Positions 8,416 to 17,836 of a stretch of DNA of 64,000 bases are shown piece after piece (positions within the stretch are counted from its first letter, which is position 1; every line of letters starts with the position of its first letter). The stretch is taken from positions 30,511-94,510 of the forward strand of contig JAXMOL010000027.1 of assembly GCA_034669905.1 (NCBI GenBank), in the 5' to 3' direction. The notes under the pieces are model-generated. The model was not told the DNA's origin, searched no databases, and was given only the letters and a program-made list of their open reading frames with translations. A program made the position numbers and the translations under genes. Source of the stretch: Candidatus Hydrogenedentota bacterium (GTDB lineage Bacteria > Hydrogenedentota > Hydrogenedentia > Hydrogenedentales > JAEUWI01).

Positions 8416-11400
8416 TCAGGTGTGGGTGGTCAATTCCGCCGCAATTAATTCGGCCTGTTTGAGCACCGTCTCCGTGGCCAGTTTCTGCATGTCGGGTGGG
8501 TAGCCAAATTGCCGCAGGGTCCGCTTCACGATAACCTTCAATTTGGCCCGCACGCTCTCTTTGATGGTCCAGTCAATGGTTGCGTTACTACGAACCCGCT
8601 CAAACAGCACCACGGCCAACTCACGGAGCTTGTCGTTTTCCATCACCTCACGGGCACTGTCGTTGTTGGCGATGGCCGTGTAAAAGGCATACTCAAAGTC
8701 GGAGAGGCCCATGGCCTTGGGTTCCTCGTCCATCTTGTGGATCTCTTTGCTGAGCTTGATGAGTTCCTCGATGACTTCCGCCGCCGTCAGCACCTTGTTG
8801 TGGTACTTCTTGATGGATGCTTCCAGCATTTCCATGAGGCTCTGGCTCTGGATGAGGTTCTTCTTCGTCCGGCTCTTGATTTCGTCGTTGAGCAGCTTCT
8901 TCAGCACCTCCAGCGCCAGGTTCTTGTGCTCCATGTCCTGCACTTCCAACAGGAACTCCTCGGAGAGGATGGAGATGTCCGGCTTCTTGATTCCGGCCGC
9001 GTCGAATACGTCGATGACCTGCTCGCTCACCAGTGCCTGGTCGATGACCTGCCGGATGGCCGTCTCGATCTCTTCGTCGGTCTTGCCCGTGCCCGTGGCG
9101 TCGAATTTCGCCAGCCGCGACTTCACCGCCTGGAAGAAGGCCACCTCGTCCTTGGCGTCCATGGCCTGCTCGTGGGGTATGGCAATGGCGAAAGCCTGCG
9201 ACAACGCCGTCACCTCGTTGATGAAGCGCTTCTTGCCGTCTTCCAACCCCAGGATGTGATCTTCCGCCGCCAGAATGAGGGACAACTTCTTCCGGGTGTC
9301 CGCGTCGAAGTAGTCCTCATAGGCGAAGCCGTGGAAGAGTTGGGAAACCACCTCCAGCTTCTCCAGCATGAGCGCCACGGCCTTTTCCTGTGCGATGGCC
9401 GGGTCACCCTTGCCGCCGCTGTCGGAATAGAAACTCAGGGCCTTCTTGAGGTCCGAGGCGATGCCCAAATAGTCCACCACGAGCCCCCCGGTCTTGTCTT
9501 TGTAGACCCGGTTGACCCGCGCAATGCCCTGCATGAGGTTGTGCCCCTTCATGGGCTTGTCGATGTAGAGCGTGTGCAAGGAGGGCACGTCAAAGCCCGT
9601 GAGCCACATGTCCCGCACGATGCACAGCTTCAGCGGGTCGTCGGGGTCCTTCATGCGCTCCGCCAGGGTCCGGCGCTGGTCTTTGGTGGTGTGGTGCCTG
9701 GCAATCTCGGGACCATCGGAGGAGGCCGAGGTCATGACCACCTTGATAACGCCCTTCTTCAGGTCGTCGTCGTGCCACGCGGGCCGGAGGGCGATAATCT
9801 CTTTGTAGAGAGCCGCCGCGATGCGCCGGGACATGGCCACCACCATGGCCTTACCCTCGGAGGCCAATTGGCGCTGCTCAAAGTGGGCCACCATGTCCGC
9901 CGCCACCTTTCGGAGGCGCTGCTCGCTGCCGATGAGGGCCTCCAGTTGGGTCCATTTCGCTTTGGACTTCTGGGTATCCGTCAGGTCTTCCTGGTCGAGT
10001 TCGTCGTCCAGGTTTTCGACCAACTTTTTGCCCGCCTTGCTCAGGCTGATTTTGGCCAGTCGGCTCTCGTAGTAGATGCGCACCGTGGCCCCGTCTTCCA
10101 CGGCCTGGGCAATGTCGTATACGTCCACATAGTTGCCAAAGACGGCAGGGGTGTTCACGTCCGTGCTTTCGATGGGCGTGCCCGTGAAACCGAGGTAGGT
10201 CGCATTGGGCAGGGCGTCCCGCATGTACTTGGCGAAGCCATAGACCACCTTCTTGCCGATGATGTTGCCGTACTCGTCCTTGTCATCGATGGTCTTGGCC
10301 TGGAAGCCGTATTGGGTGCGGTGCGCTTCGTCGGCGATGACCACAATGTTCTCCCGGTCGGAAAGGGTCTCATAGACGTTCCCTTCGTCGGGCTGGAATT
10401 TCTGGATGGTGGTAAAGACCACGCCGCCGGAGGCCACCTTGAGCAGGTCCTTCAGGTGGTTCCGGTCCGCCGCCTGCACCGGTTCCTGGCGGAGCAATTG
10501 CTTCGAGGCCGCGAAGGTGTCAAAGAGCTGGTCGTCCAGGTCGTTCCGGTCGGTAATGACCACAATGGTGGGGTTGTCCATGGCAAGGACCACCTTCCCC
10601 GTGTAGAAGACCATGGAGAGGGACTTCCCACTGCCCTGGGTGTGCCACACCACGCCGCCCTTGCGGTCGCCCGCGGGTTGACCCGCCACGCCTGGCAGGC
10701 CGTAGCTCTCGGGCGATTCGGCAGGCCCTGCTTGCGTCGTGGATTTCCCCACAAAGCCCGATGCCCGCAGGGTCGAGGTCACGGCACGGTTCACGGCGTA
10801 GTATTGGTGGTAGCTCGCCAGCTTCTTCACCGTCTCGATGGTGATAACGCCCGTCTCCCGGTCTTCCTTGCGGTTCTTCTCGAACACAATGAAGGACTTG
10901 ATGAGGTCGAGCAGGGTAGTCGGGTTCAGCATCCCCTTTATCAGGGTCTCCATCTGGCCCACCAGGGGCGAGGCCTTCGTCTTGCCGTCGCTCGTCTTCC
11001 AGGCCATGAAGCGCGTAAACCCGGCGGAGATAGTCCCGGCCCGCGCCTCCAGGCCATCCGAGGCCACCAGGAAGCCGTTATACGTGAAGAGGCTGGGGAT
11101 GGCCTGTTTGTAGGTCTGGAGCTGATTCCAGGCCGATTTCACCGTAGCGTTGGCGTCCGCCGCGTTCTTCAGCTCGATGACCACCAGGGGCAGGCCGTTG
11201 ACAAAGAGAATCACGTCGGGACGCTTGTTAACGCCGTTCTCGATGATGGTGAACTGGTTGACGCACCGATAATCGTTGTTCTCGGGGTCGTGGAAATCCA
11301 CCAGCCAGACCAGTTCCCCCCGTTCGTGGCCGTTGTGCTGGTAGGTAACCTTGATGCCCTCGGTGAGCATCCGGTGGAAGGATTCGTTGTTGGCGATAGG

Positions 11401-11646
11401 CTCCGGGGAACTGATGCGGAGGAGTTGCTTGATGGCGTCCTCGCGGGCGTCCGGCGGGATGTCGGGATTGATACGCGCCACGGCGTCGCGCAACCGCTCC
11501 AGCAGGAGCACGTCCTCGAAGCTCTGCCGCTCGGGTGACTCGCCGTCGGGCGCAATGTCTGGGCCATAGGTATACGCATAGCCCTTCTTCTCCAGGAGCT
11601 CGATGGCGAGGTGCTCTATGGCGTCTTCGGTGATCTTCTCCATCAT
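8416..11646 (-). CDS. hsdR: Type I restriction enzyme, R subunit
   Basis: RPDVILFVNGLPLVVIELKN nuclease motif, WHTQGSGKS Walker A, IADEAHR DEAD box and MWLTGFD. Confidence 0.97.
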   Translation of the reverse strand: MMEKITEDAIEHLAIELLEKKGYAYTYGPDIAPDGESPERQSFEDVLLLERLRDAVARINPDIPPDAREDAIKQLLRISSPEPIANNESFHRMLTEGIKVTYQHNGHERGELVWLVDFHDPENNDYRCVNQFTIIENGVNKRPDVILFVNGLPLVVIELKNAADANATVKSAWNQLQTYKQAIPSLFTYNGFLVASDGLEARAGTISAGFTRFMAWKTSDGKTKASPLVGQMETLIKGMLNPTTLLDLIKSFIVFEKNRKEDRETGVITIETVKKLASYHQYYAVNRAVTSTLRASGFVGKSTTQAGPAESPESYGLPGVAGQPAGDRKGGVVWHTQGSGKSLSMVFYTGKVVLAMDNPTIVVITDRNDLDDQLFDTFAASKQLLRQEPVQAADRNHLKDLLKVASGGVVFTTIQKFQPDEGNVYETLSDRENIVVIADEAHRTQYGFQAKTIDDKDEYGNIIGKKVVYGFAKYMRDALPNATYLGFTGTPIESTDVNTPAVFGNYVDVYDIAQAVEDGATVRIYYESRLAKISLSKAGKKLVENLDDELDQEDLTDTQKSKAKWTQLEALIGSEQRLRKVAADMVAHFEQRQLASEGKAMVVAMSRRIAAALYKEIIALRPAWHDDDLKKGVIKVVMTSASSDGPEIARHHTTKDQRRTLAERMKDPDDPLKLCIVRDMWLTGFDVPSLHTLYIDKPMKGHNLMQGIARVNRVYKDKTGGLVVDYLGIASDLKKALSFYSDSGGKGDPAIAQEKAVALMLEKLEVVSQLFHGFAYEDYFDADTRKKLSLILAAEDHILGLEDGKKRFINEVTALSQAFAIAIPHEQAMDAKDEVAFFQAVKSRLAKFDATGTGKTDEEIETAIRQVIDQALVSEQVIDVFDAAGIKKPDISILSEEFLLEVQDMEHKNLALEVLKKLLNDEIKSRTKKNLIQSQSLMEMLEASIKKYHNKVLTAAEVIEELIKLSKEIHKMDEEPKAMGLSDFEYAFYTAIANNDSAREVMENDKLRELAVVLFERVRSNATIDWTIKESVRAKLKVIVKRTLRQFGYPPDMQKLATETVLKQAELIAAELTTHT

Positions 11647-11667
11647 CGATTCCCCCAATTCATTCGT

Positions 11668-11889
11668 AGTCCCGAAGGGACGGCATAGAGTAGCCCAGGC
11701 GTGAGCGAAGCGAACCCTGGGATCACGCCCAATAGAAATCCGGAGCGCCGAAGGTGCGGCATAGGTGAACCGGCGCCATTCCCCCGACGTAGTCTATGCC
11801 GCCCCGCTGGGGCTCGTGGGATGGGGACGGCCAGACCCAGGGCTTGCTGCGCGGCGCCCTGGGCTACGATATGCCGTCCCTGCGGGACT
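11668..11889. repeat. REP/REPIN-like ~220-bp element with long terminal inverted repeats (copy 1)
   Basis: AGTCCCGAAGGGACGGCATAGAGTAGCCCAGG ... CCTGGGCTACGATATGCCGTCCCTGCGGGACT. A related copy lies at 57035-57265. Confidence 0.85.
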
Positions 11890-11971
11890 ATGACGTTACA
11901 GTTTTTGCGCTTTTCTCCGGACATCACCTTGGTATCCAACCCTCCGTATATATCCCATTCCACAAACGAAT

Positions 11972-12946
11972 CTACAGCCGCCTCTTCGAGTTTACTTCGT
12001 AGTTTTCACCCGTCATAACAGATTCTAGGTAGTCGTCATCCAGTAACCTAAGAATTCCCCATTTGTCTTTGTCATCAAACATCAATTTCTCATTCTTTCC
12101 TTTTCCAACGGTCTTAATGGGGAGTTTGTATTTCTTGATGACTTTCCTAATGTCACTCATGGTAATCGACGCGAAATAGGGCTTTGAGGCGATGTTTTTC
12201 AGCTTGGCAATTTTCTGAAGATGTCCCTCACACGCGATCTCGAAGGCATCAAAGTTTTTTATCGGAATCCTTTGCTTTATTTCATCCAGCGTCTCACGCG
12301 CTGTTTCGATGAGAAGCTCATAGAATCGGAAAATCCGCTGGAAATTGCCTTTATTGATTATAAAGAGGTGGTTGCCATAAACAATGCAGTCTACTCCCTG
12401 ATCGAAGAGAAGCATGGCGTCGCGATAGCGGTCATAATGTCCCTTCTGGAGCACAATCGCAAAGAGCCGTGACCGCGTCAATTCCTTCTTCGGACTGTAG
12501 GTGCGAAAGAATAAGAGCGGTTCTCCCTTCTTAGGGGTCAAGGTAATAACGTAAAATCGCATTCCATTTATGAAATCCCTGTCCTGGGAGAAGGTATCTA
12601 ATTCATTGACAGTCTCGAGGCTTTCAATTTGGTCCGCTACAGCGTCATGTTCGTCGAGATCTAAGCACTCGACTTCGTGAGTATCCAGTTTTGTACTGGG
12701 GTCGTATGCCTGAATAACGATATCGTCGGTTGCATACCCCACCTCCAGTTTCGTAATGGCGCCACGGCAAATGTCTTTGAAGTCATCGGCAAGATCAATT
12801 GAAATAGCGAGGCGTTGAAAGTCCGGCGTGTCGTCGTCTCCGGATAGCGACGCCAGGCACACTTGCACGTCACAATCATCAATCTCGGTATCCAAGATTG
12901 CTTTCAATGAATCCCGAAAAAAATCCTTTTGCTTCCTCGATGTCAT
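11972..12946 (-). CDS. kwaB: Kiwa anti-phage protein KwaB (DUF4868)
   Basis: 324 aa with LLFDQGVDCI...NKGNFQRIFRF and the C-terminus LRLLDDDYLESVMTGENYEVNSK, typical of DUF4868. ATGA-coupled to an upstream 4-TM gene. AT-richer than its neighbours. Confidence 0.85.
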   Translation of the reverse strand: MTSRKQKDFFRDSLKAILDTEIDDCDVQVCLASLSGDDDTPDFQRLAISIDLADDFKDICRGAITKLEVGYATDDIVIQAYDPSTKLDTHEVECLDLDEHDAVADQIESLETVNELDTFSQDRDFINGMRFYVITLTPKKGEPLLFFRTYSPKKELTRSRLFAIVLQKGHYDRYRDAMLLFDQGVDCIVYGNHLFIINKGNFQRIFRFYELLIETARETLDEIKQRIPIKNFDAFEIACEGHLQKIAKLKNIASKPYFASITMSDIRKVIKKYKLPIKTVGKGKNEKLMFDDKDKWGILRLLDDDYLESVMTGENYEVNSKRRL

Positions 12947-13455
12947 GCTTTCGCCTCCAGGTAGAGTTCGTCACCGGCCTTCACCGCACTCACTGCTGTA
13001 CCCCGACGTACGCGATTCTTGGTAATTAAGGATGCGGTCTCTCCGCTTTCCAACTCCACTTCATAAATATGATAGCCAAATAGGTTTAACATCGGGTTGA
13101 TATGCAACATATCCGAGTTTATATATAGAATCCCAAGAACGACGAAGAAAATGGCCAGGCTCATCCCTTCCTTGAACGTGCCCACAGGCAGGTCAAGAAA
13201 GGGCAGCAAATACGTTACGATGTAACTCATCGCCTCCCCGTCGCGCCGATTGACCGCAGCAACTTTGATTGAGATCGGGTTTACTTTCCGTATTACCCAT
13301 AGGTACGACACCATCCCAGCCAAGCCAATGGTTACCGCAACTGATATTCCGAATGCCCACTTGGGCTCGTCCTGATACAACTGGACGCAAAATATGGCCC
13401 CAAGGGGAAAGTAGGAACTCAAAAAGAGCATTACTCGGATCAGGAAACTTGGCAT
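12943..13455 (-). CDS. kwaA: Kiwa anti-phage membrane protein KwaA
   Basis: LFLSSYFPL, SYIVTYLLPF and INPMLNLFGYHIYEV motifs; about 4 TM helices; directly upstream of DUF4868. Confidence 0.82.
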   Translation of the reverse strand: MPSFLIRVMLFLSSYFPLGAIFCVQLYQDEPKWAFGISVAVTIGLAGMVSYLWVIRKVNPISIKVAAVNRRDGEAMSYIVTYLLPFLDLPVGTFKEGMSLAIFFVVLGILYINSDMLHINPMLNLFGYHIYEVELESGETASLITKNRVRRGTAVSAVKAGDELYLEAKA

Positions 13456-13471
13456 ATCCGTGCCCCTTTCT

Positions 13472-13500
13472 CTTCTATGTCTATACTATACCGTTGTCAA
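13472..13500 (-). promoter_or_regulatory. Candidate internal promoter for kwaAB
   Basis: Perfect TTGACA, 17 nt, then a weak -10 (TAGAAG) in the hsdS-kwaA gap. Confidence 0.35.
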
Positions 13501-13526
13501 CGAATATTATTCACGGTTGCTCCCAG

Positions 13527-14690
13527 TTACTGAGCAACCCGGACTTCACCGCTCATGAGATTAGGAAGTAAAGTGTCGCGGAGATTTTCGAGCTTGTGAA
13601 GCTGTGCGTTGTTCAAAATCAGCTTGTCAATCAGTGGCTCCATGAAACCATTCATGGTATCAAGTTCGTCGTCATCAGGAACGAGCACCATCGAGTTGGA
13701 GAGGTCTCTTCGCTTGATGTGCCCCATAGTCGTTGCTTTGCTCTCAGCGATAGCAATGAATTCCTGAAGGTGGTACCTCGTCCACAAGTAAATGAACCAT
13801 TTCGAATATCTCTGGGAGGTAACCTTGAACAGGTGCTGGTTCAAGACGCATTCGCTGCCGTCCCAGAGTTTCACCACCAGACTTCCGGACCAAGAAAAGA
13901 TGATGTCACCGCTACGAACGATGTATTCCTCTTTCACGTCGGAAGTCGCCCAGTCAGAGTTCTCGGTGACTCCTCCCTTAAGTTCTTTTATCTTGAGCAC
14001 GGGCAGCTTATCGACTTCGTTTTGAGGTGGATACTTCTGGCACGCCAAACCGTTTAAGAAGTCTGCGACTACATCCAGCGGCATCTCCTCCCAATCGTCC
14101 TGGGCTTCCTCCACGAACCACTGCCGGAACAGCGTTTCGGCCATGGCTTCGAGGGTCTTGTTCTGGCGGTGGAGCAGGTCGATTTTGTCGTCCAGACTCG
14201 AAAGGACGGCGGCGATGGCTTTTTGTTCCGCCAGCGGGGGGAGGGTTACCGGAAGGTCTAGGAGGTGAGGGACTTTAATGCTCGGCTGCACCCCACCGAT
14301 GTCCAAGCTCAACATAAGATCTCGACCCAGTGGACTGGATAGGAAATAGTAGAGAAACTCTCCCGAATTCTCCGGACTACATCGCAAAGCAACTAGGTTT
14401 TGGGCTATTGCGCCGTTCCGTGCAGACATCATTGCGACGTTACCTATGGTGCCAACCGTTGGCACCAGGACATCCCCTACATCCGGGTGGCCAGAGCGAA
14501 ACCACGTCTTAAACGTTTCTTCGCTCACGAACTTTCGAACCGTCGTGTAGTTAGGCGAGCGAAGAGTGGAGGAGACTGCATTTACTTCCAGCAATGGTTG
14601 ACCGAACTCCTGTGTCGGTGGAGTCTTACCTCTGTTGTCGACAACCTTTTGTAGAAGGTCACCGAGCCGCTCTGTCCTCCACTCACCCAT
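13527..14690 (-). CDS. hsdS: Type I R-M specificity subunit
   Basis: Two TRDs separated by the conserved PPLAEQKAIAAVLSSLDDKIDL...LFRQWF; ends in LRDTLLPNLMSGEVRV. Confidence 0.95.
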   Translation of the reverse strand: MGEWRTERLGDLLQKVVDNRGKTPPTQEFGQPLLEVNAVSSTLRSPNYTTVRKFVSEETFKTWFRSGHPDVGDVLVPTVGTIGNVAMMSARNGAIAQNLVALRCSPENSGEFLYYFLSSPLGRDLMLSLDIGGVQPSIKVPHLLDLPVTLPPLAEQKAIAAVLSSLDDKIDLLHRQNKTLEAMAETLFRQWFVEEAQDDWEEMPLDVVADFLNGLACQKYPPQNEVDKLPVLKIKELKGGVTENSDWATSDVKEEYIVRSGDIIFSWSGSLVVKLWDGSECVLNQHLFKVTSQRYSKWFIYLWTRYHLQEFIAIAESKATTMGHIKRRDLSNSMVLVPDDDELDTMNGFMEPLIDKLILNNAQLHKLENLRDTLLPNLMSGEVRVAQ

Positions 14691-14695
14691 CAATC

Positions 14696-14732
14696 TTCAC
14701 CTCCGCCAGATTCTCCGCAATCGCTTTATTCA
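14696..14732. repeat. 37-bp direct repeat of the hsdM 3' end (other copy at 15942-15978)
   Basis: ttcacctccgccagattctccgcaatcgctttattca vs ttcaccttcgccagattctccgcaatcgccttgttca, 34/37 identical. Confidence 0.9.
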
Positions 14733-14746
14733 AGAGGGCCCGGTGG

Positions 14747-14795
14747 GAATAGAGAATAGAGAATTTAGAATAGTGAATGGTGAATAGTGAACGGT
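14747..14795. repeat. Seven degenerate 7-bp tandem repeats (GAATAGW-like)
   Basis: gaataga gaataga gaattta gaatagt gaatggt gaatagt gaacggt. Confidence 0.85.
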
Positions 14796-14870
14796 GCGTG
14801 AAAGACGGGGCGCATCCCGTCCAGCCCATTCTCCGTGGCAGCGCATTGCTGTTTGTGGTGGTCATGGTAC

Positions 14871-15935
14871 TCATAGCGATTCCTCGCGCAATTCGGCCTC
14901 GATCTGCTCGATGGTGGGCAGGGCGGGCTTGAGGTCGTCGGGCAGCGTGCGGGTGAGGGTGTATTCGCTTACACCGATGGGCTGTTGGGTGTTTTTCAAG
15001 GCGTATTCCACCACGGTATCGTTCTTGGACTTGCAGATAAGCATGCCGATAGTAGGCTTGTCTCCGTCGGCGCGCAGGTGCTCGTCCACGGCGGTGACGT
15101 AGAAATTGAGTTTTCCGGCAAACTCGGGCTGGAACTTGCCGGTTTTCAACTCCACCACCACATAACAATGGAGCCCCGTGTGATAGAAGAGCAGGTCGAT
15201 CTGGAATTCGTCGCCGCCGACCTCGATCCGGTATTGCCGCCCGACAAAGGCGAACCCCGCGCCGAGTTCCAAGAGGAATCGGGTCAGGTGGTCGACCAAG
15301 GCATGCTCCAGTTCCCGTTCGTCGTAGCGTTCGGTCAGGGTGAGAAAATCGAAGGTGTAGGGGTTCTTCAGCGTTTCACGCGCCAGGTCGGACTGGGGCG
15401 CGGGGAGGGTAGCCTCGAAATTGGTCACCGCCTGGCCCGCGCGCTGGTGGAGGCCGCTCTCGATCTGGTGGGTCAGCACGGCGCGGGACCAATTGTTTTC
15501 GATGGTCTTGCGGACGTAGAAGAGCGCTTGGTCACGGTTCTGAATTTTGGTCAGAATGACGACATGATGCCACCAGGGTATTTGGAAGATGCCTTTTTCG
15601 CAGTTTTCTTCCAATTGCGTAGCAGCCTGCTTCGCAATTGGACGGTCGCTTGACCAGAAGAGATACCAACGGCGAATGTGCTCCAGATTTCGTTTGGAAA
15701 AACCCCTTAGCTCAGGGAATTCCGCCGAGAGGTCCTTACTCAGGTGTTCCAAGAGGCTGTCGCCCCAACGGGCCTGTTGCTGCTTCTCCACGATGTCACG
15801 GCCCAGTTCCCAGTAAAACTCCAGCAGCGTGGTATTAACCCGAACAGCCGCCTTGAGTTGAGACGTACGGACACGCGCTTTGAGTTCACCCAGCCATTCA
15901 GCATAGGTGGTATCGGCGGAGAGTTCATGCTTCAT
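14871..15935 (-). CDS. DUF1016/YhcG-family PD-(D/E)XK nuclease
   Basis: FYWELGRDI...[10 protein letters not shown]...[16 protein letters not shown]...IDLLFYH...[21 protein letters not shown]. Confidence 0.95.
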   Translation of the reverse strand: MKHELSADTTYAEWLGELKARVRTSQLKAAVRVNTTLLEFYWELGRDIVEKQQQARWGDSLLEHLSKDLSAEFPELRGFSKRNLEHIRRWYLFWSSDRPIAKQAATQLEENCEKGIFQIPWWHHVVILTKIQNRDQALFYVRKTIENNWSRAVLTHQIESGLHQRAGQAVTNFEATLPAPQSDLARETLKNPYTFDFLTLTERYDERELEHALVDHLTRFLLELGAGFAFVGRQYRIEVGGDEFQIDLLFYHTGLHCYVVVELKTGKFQPEFAGKLNFYVTAVDEHLRADGDKPTIGMLICKSKNDTVVEYALKNTQQPIGVSEYTLTRTLPDDLKPALPTIEQIEAELREESL

Positions 15936-17479
15936 GGGATTTTCACCTTCGCCAGATTCTCCGCAATCGCCTTGTTCAGCCGCGCCTCTTCCTCTAATTG
16001 CGCCTCAAACTCCGCCTTCAGCGCCGTGAAGCGCTCCTTGAAGTCGAAGTCGTCTTCCTCATCCGCCAACCCCACGTAGCGCCCCGGCGTGAGCACGTAG
16101 TCCAGTTCCTTCACCCGTTCCACCGTGGTGGACGCACAGAAGCCTTTCACGTCTTCATAATCCCCATCGGGATTACGCCAAGCATGGTAGGTCTCCGCAA
16201 TCTGCTGGATGTCCTCGTCGGAGAACTCCTTCGTCCGGCGATTGATGAGGTGGCCCAGGTTGCGGGCGTCGATGAAGAGAATCTCGTCCACCCGGTTGCG
16301 GAACTTGCCGCTGGCCTTGTTACGGCTGAGAAACCAGAGACAGGCGGGTATCTGGGTATTCAGGAATAGCTTGGCGGGCATGTTGACAATGCAGTCCACG
16401 AGGCGGGCTTCCACAAGGGCCTTGCGGATGTCCCCTTCGCCGGAGGATTTGGAGGTCAATGCGCCCTTGGCCAAGACAAAGCCCGCCTGGCCGCTGGGGC
16501 TGAGGTGGTAGAGGAAGTGCTGTATCCAGCCATAGTTCGCGTTGCCGCTGGGCGGTGCGCCGAACTTCCAGCGCCCGTCATTCCGCAGGAGGTCGCCGCT
16601 CCAGTCGCTGTCGTTGAAGGGCGGGTTGGCGATGACGTAGTCCGCCTTGAGGTCCTTGTGGGCGTCGTTGAGGAAGGAGCCTTCGTTGTTCCACTTCACC
16701 TGGGAACTGTCGATGCCCCGGATGGCCAGATTCATTTTGGCCAGCCGCCACGTGGTGTGGTTGCTCTCCTGGCCGTAGATGGAGAGGTCGTTCACCTTGC
16801 CCTGGTGGCTTTCCACGAATTTCTCGGACTGGACAAACATGCCGCCGGAGCCACAGCAGGGGTCAAAGACCCGGCCCTTGGTCGGCTCCAGCATTTCCAC
16901 CAGCAACTCCACCACGCTCTTGGGCGTGTAGAACTGGCCGCCCTTCTTCCCTTCCGCCAGGGCGAACTCGCCCAGGAAATACTCGAAGACATGGCCCAGC
17001 AGGTCGGCGCTTCGGGCCTTGGCATCCCCCAGGGCAATGTTGCCCACGAGGTCGATGAGCCCGCCCAGGGAGGTGGGGTCCAGGTTGCCCCGCGCAAAGA
17101 CCTTGGGCAACACATCCTTCAGGGACGGGTTCTCCCGCTCGATGGCGTCCATGGCCTCATCCACGGTCTTGCCGATAGTGGGCTGCTTCGCGTGGGACTG
17201 GAGGAAGCTCCACCGTGCCCCAGGCGGCACGAAGAAGACATTTTCGCCCTTGTACTCGTCCTTGTCCTCCGGGTCCGCCCCGGCGTATTCGCCCTCGCCC
17301 GCCGTCAGGGTCGCGTGAAGTTCTTCGAAGGCATCCGAGATGTATTTCAGGAAAATCAGCCCCAGGACAATGTGCTTGTACTCCGCCGCGTCAATGTTCT
17401 TCCTGAGTTTGTCCGCCGCCTTCCAAAGCTGTTTCTCGATGGGTTCTTCTGTGGTCGTCTTCTTCTTGGCTTTCGCCAT
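15932..17479 (-). CDS. hsdM: Type I R-M N6-adenine methyltransferase, M subunit
   Basis: [25 protein letters not shown] (SAM binding) and the catalytic NPPF motif. Confidence 0.97.
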   Translation of the reverse strand: MAKAKKKTTTEEPIEKQLWKAADKLRKNIDAAEYKHIVLGLIFLKYISDAFEELHATLTAGEGEYAGADPEDKDEYKGENVFFVPPGARWSFLQSHAKQPTIGKTVDEAMDAIERENPSLKDVLPKVFARGNLDPTSLGGLIDLVGNIALGDAKARSADLLGHVFEYFLGEFALAEGKKGGQFYTPKSVVELLVEMLEPTKGRVFDPCCGSGGMFVQSEKFVESHQGKVNDLSIYGQESNHTTWRLAKMNLAIRGIDSSQVKWNNEGSFLNDAHKDLKADYVIANPPFNDSDWSGDLLRNDGRWKFGAPPSGNANYGWIQHFLYHLSPSGQAGFVLAKGALTSKSSGEGDIRKALVEARLVDCIVNMPAKLFLNTQIPACLWFLSRNKASGKFRNRVDEILFIDARNLGHLINRRTKEFSDEDIQQIAETYHAWRNPDGDYEDVKGFCASTTVERVKELDYVLTPGRYVGLADEEDDFDFKERFTALKAEFEAQLEEEARLNKAIAENLAKVKIP

Positions 17480-17836
17480 GCGTCTCTCCTGCCTATTCTC
17501 GTGCGGATGGAGGGGGCTAGTTGGAAGAGGCCGCTACAAAGATGCTCTCATACTCCCCCCAAAATCACGCCCGGAATTGGGTGTGATCCGCCCTCTTCGT
17601 GGGACAAGAATACCCCCTTTACCTTCGGGATGCAAGATGGTAGCCAAACAGGAAGGGTGTATTTCTGGTGGTGGGCGCGAAAACGTGTGAGCCCAGTGGG
17701 CCTTGCCGCGGACAGGCGTATTCGCGGTCCTATGATCGCTATTGAAACGATGCTTCCCAATAGTGAATAGTGATCCCTTGACCTAATCCTCGCGACCGCG
17801 GTGGTGTCGCGTGCACTTTTCAGGAGAGAGCGCCTT

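Noticed and set aside
8509..11538. 1009-aa plus-strand ORF
   Set aside because: It is the antisense shadow of hsdR, produced by high-GC codon bias, and has no recognisable motifs.
8234..17800. R-M island as an integrative element or prophage
   Set aside because: No integrase, transposase, tRNA target or flanking att-like direct repeats were seen.
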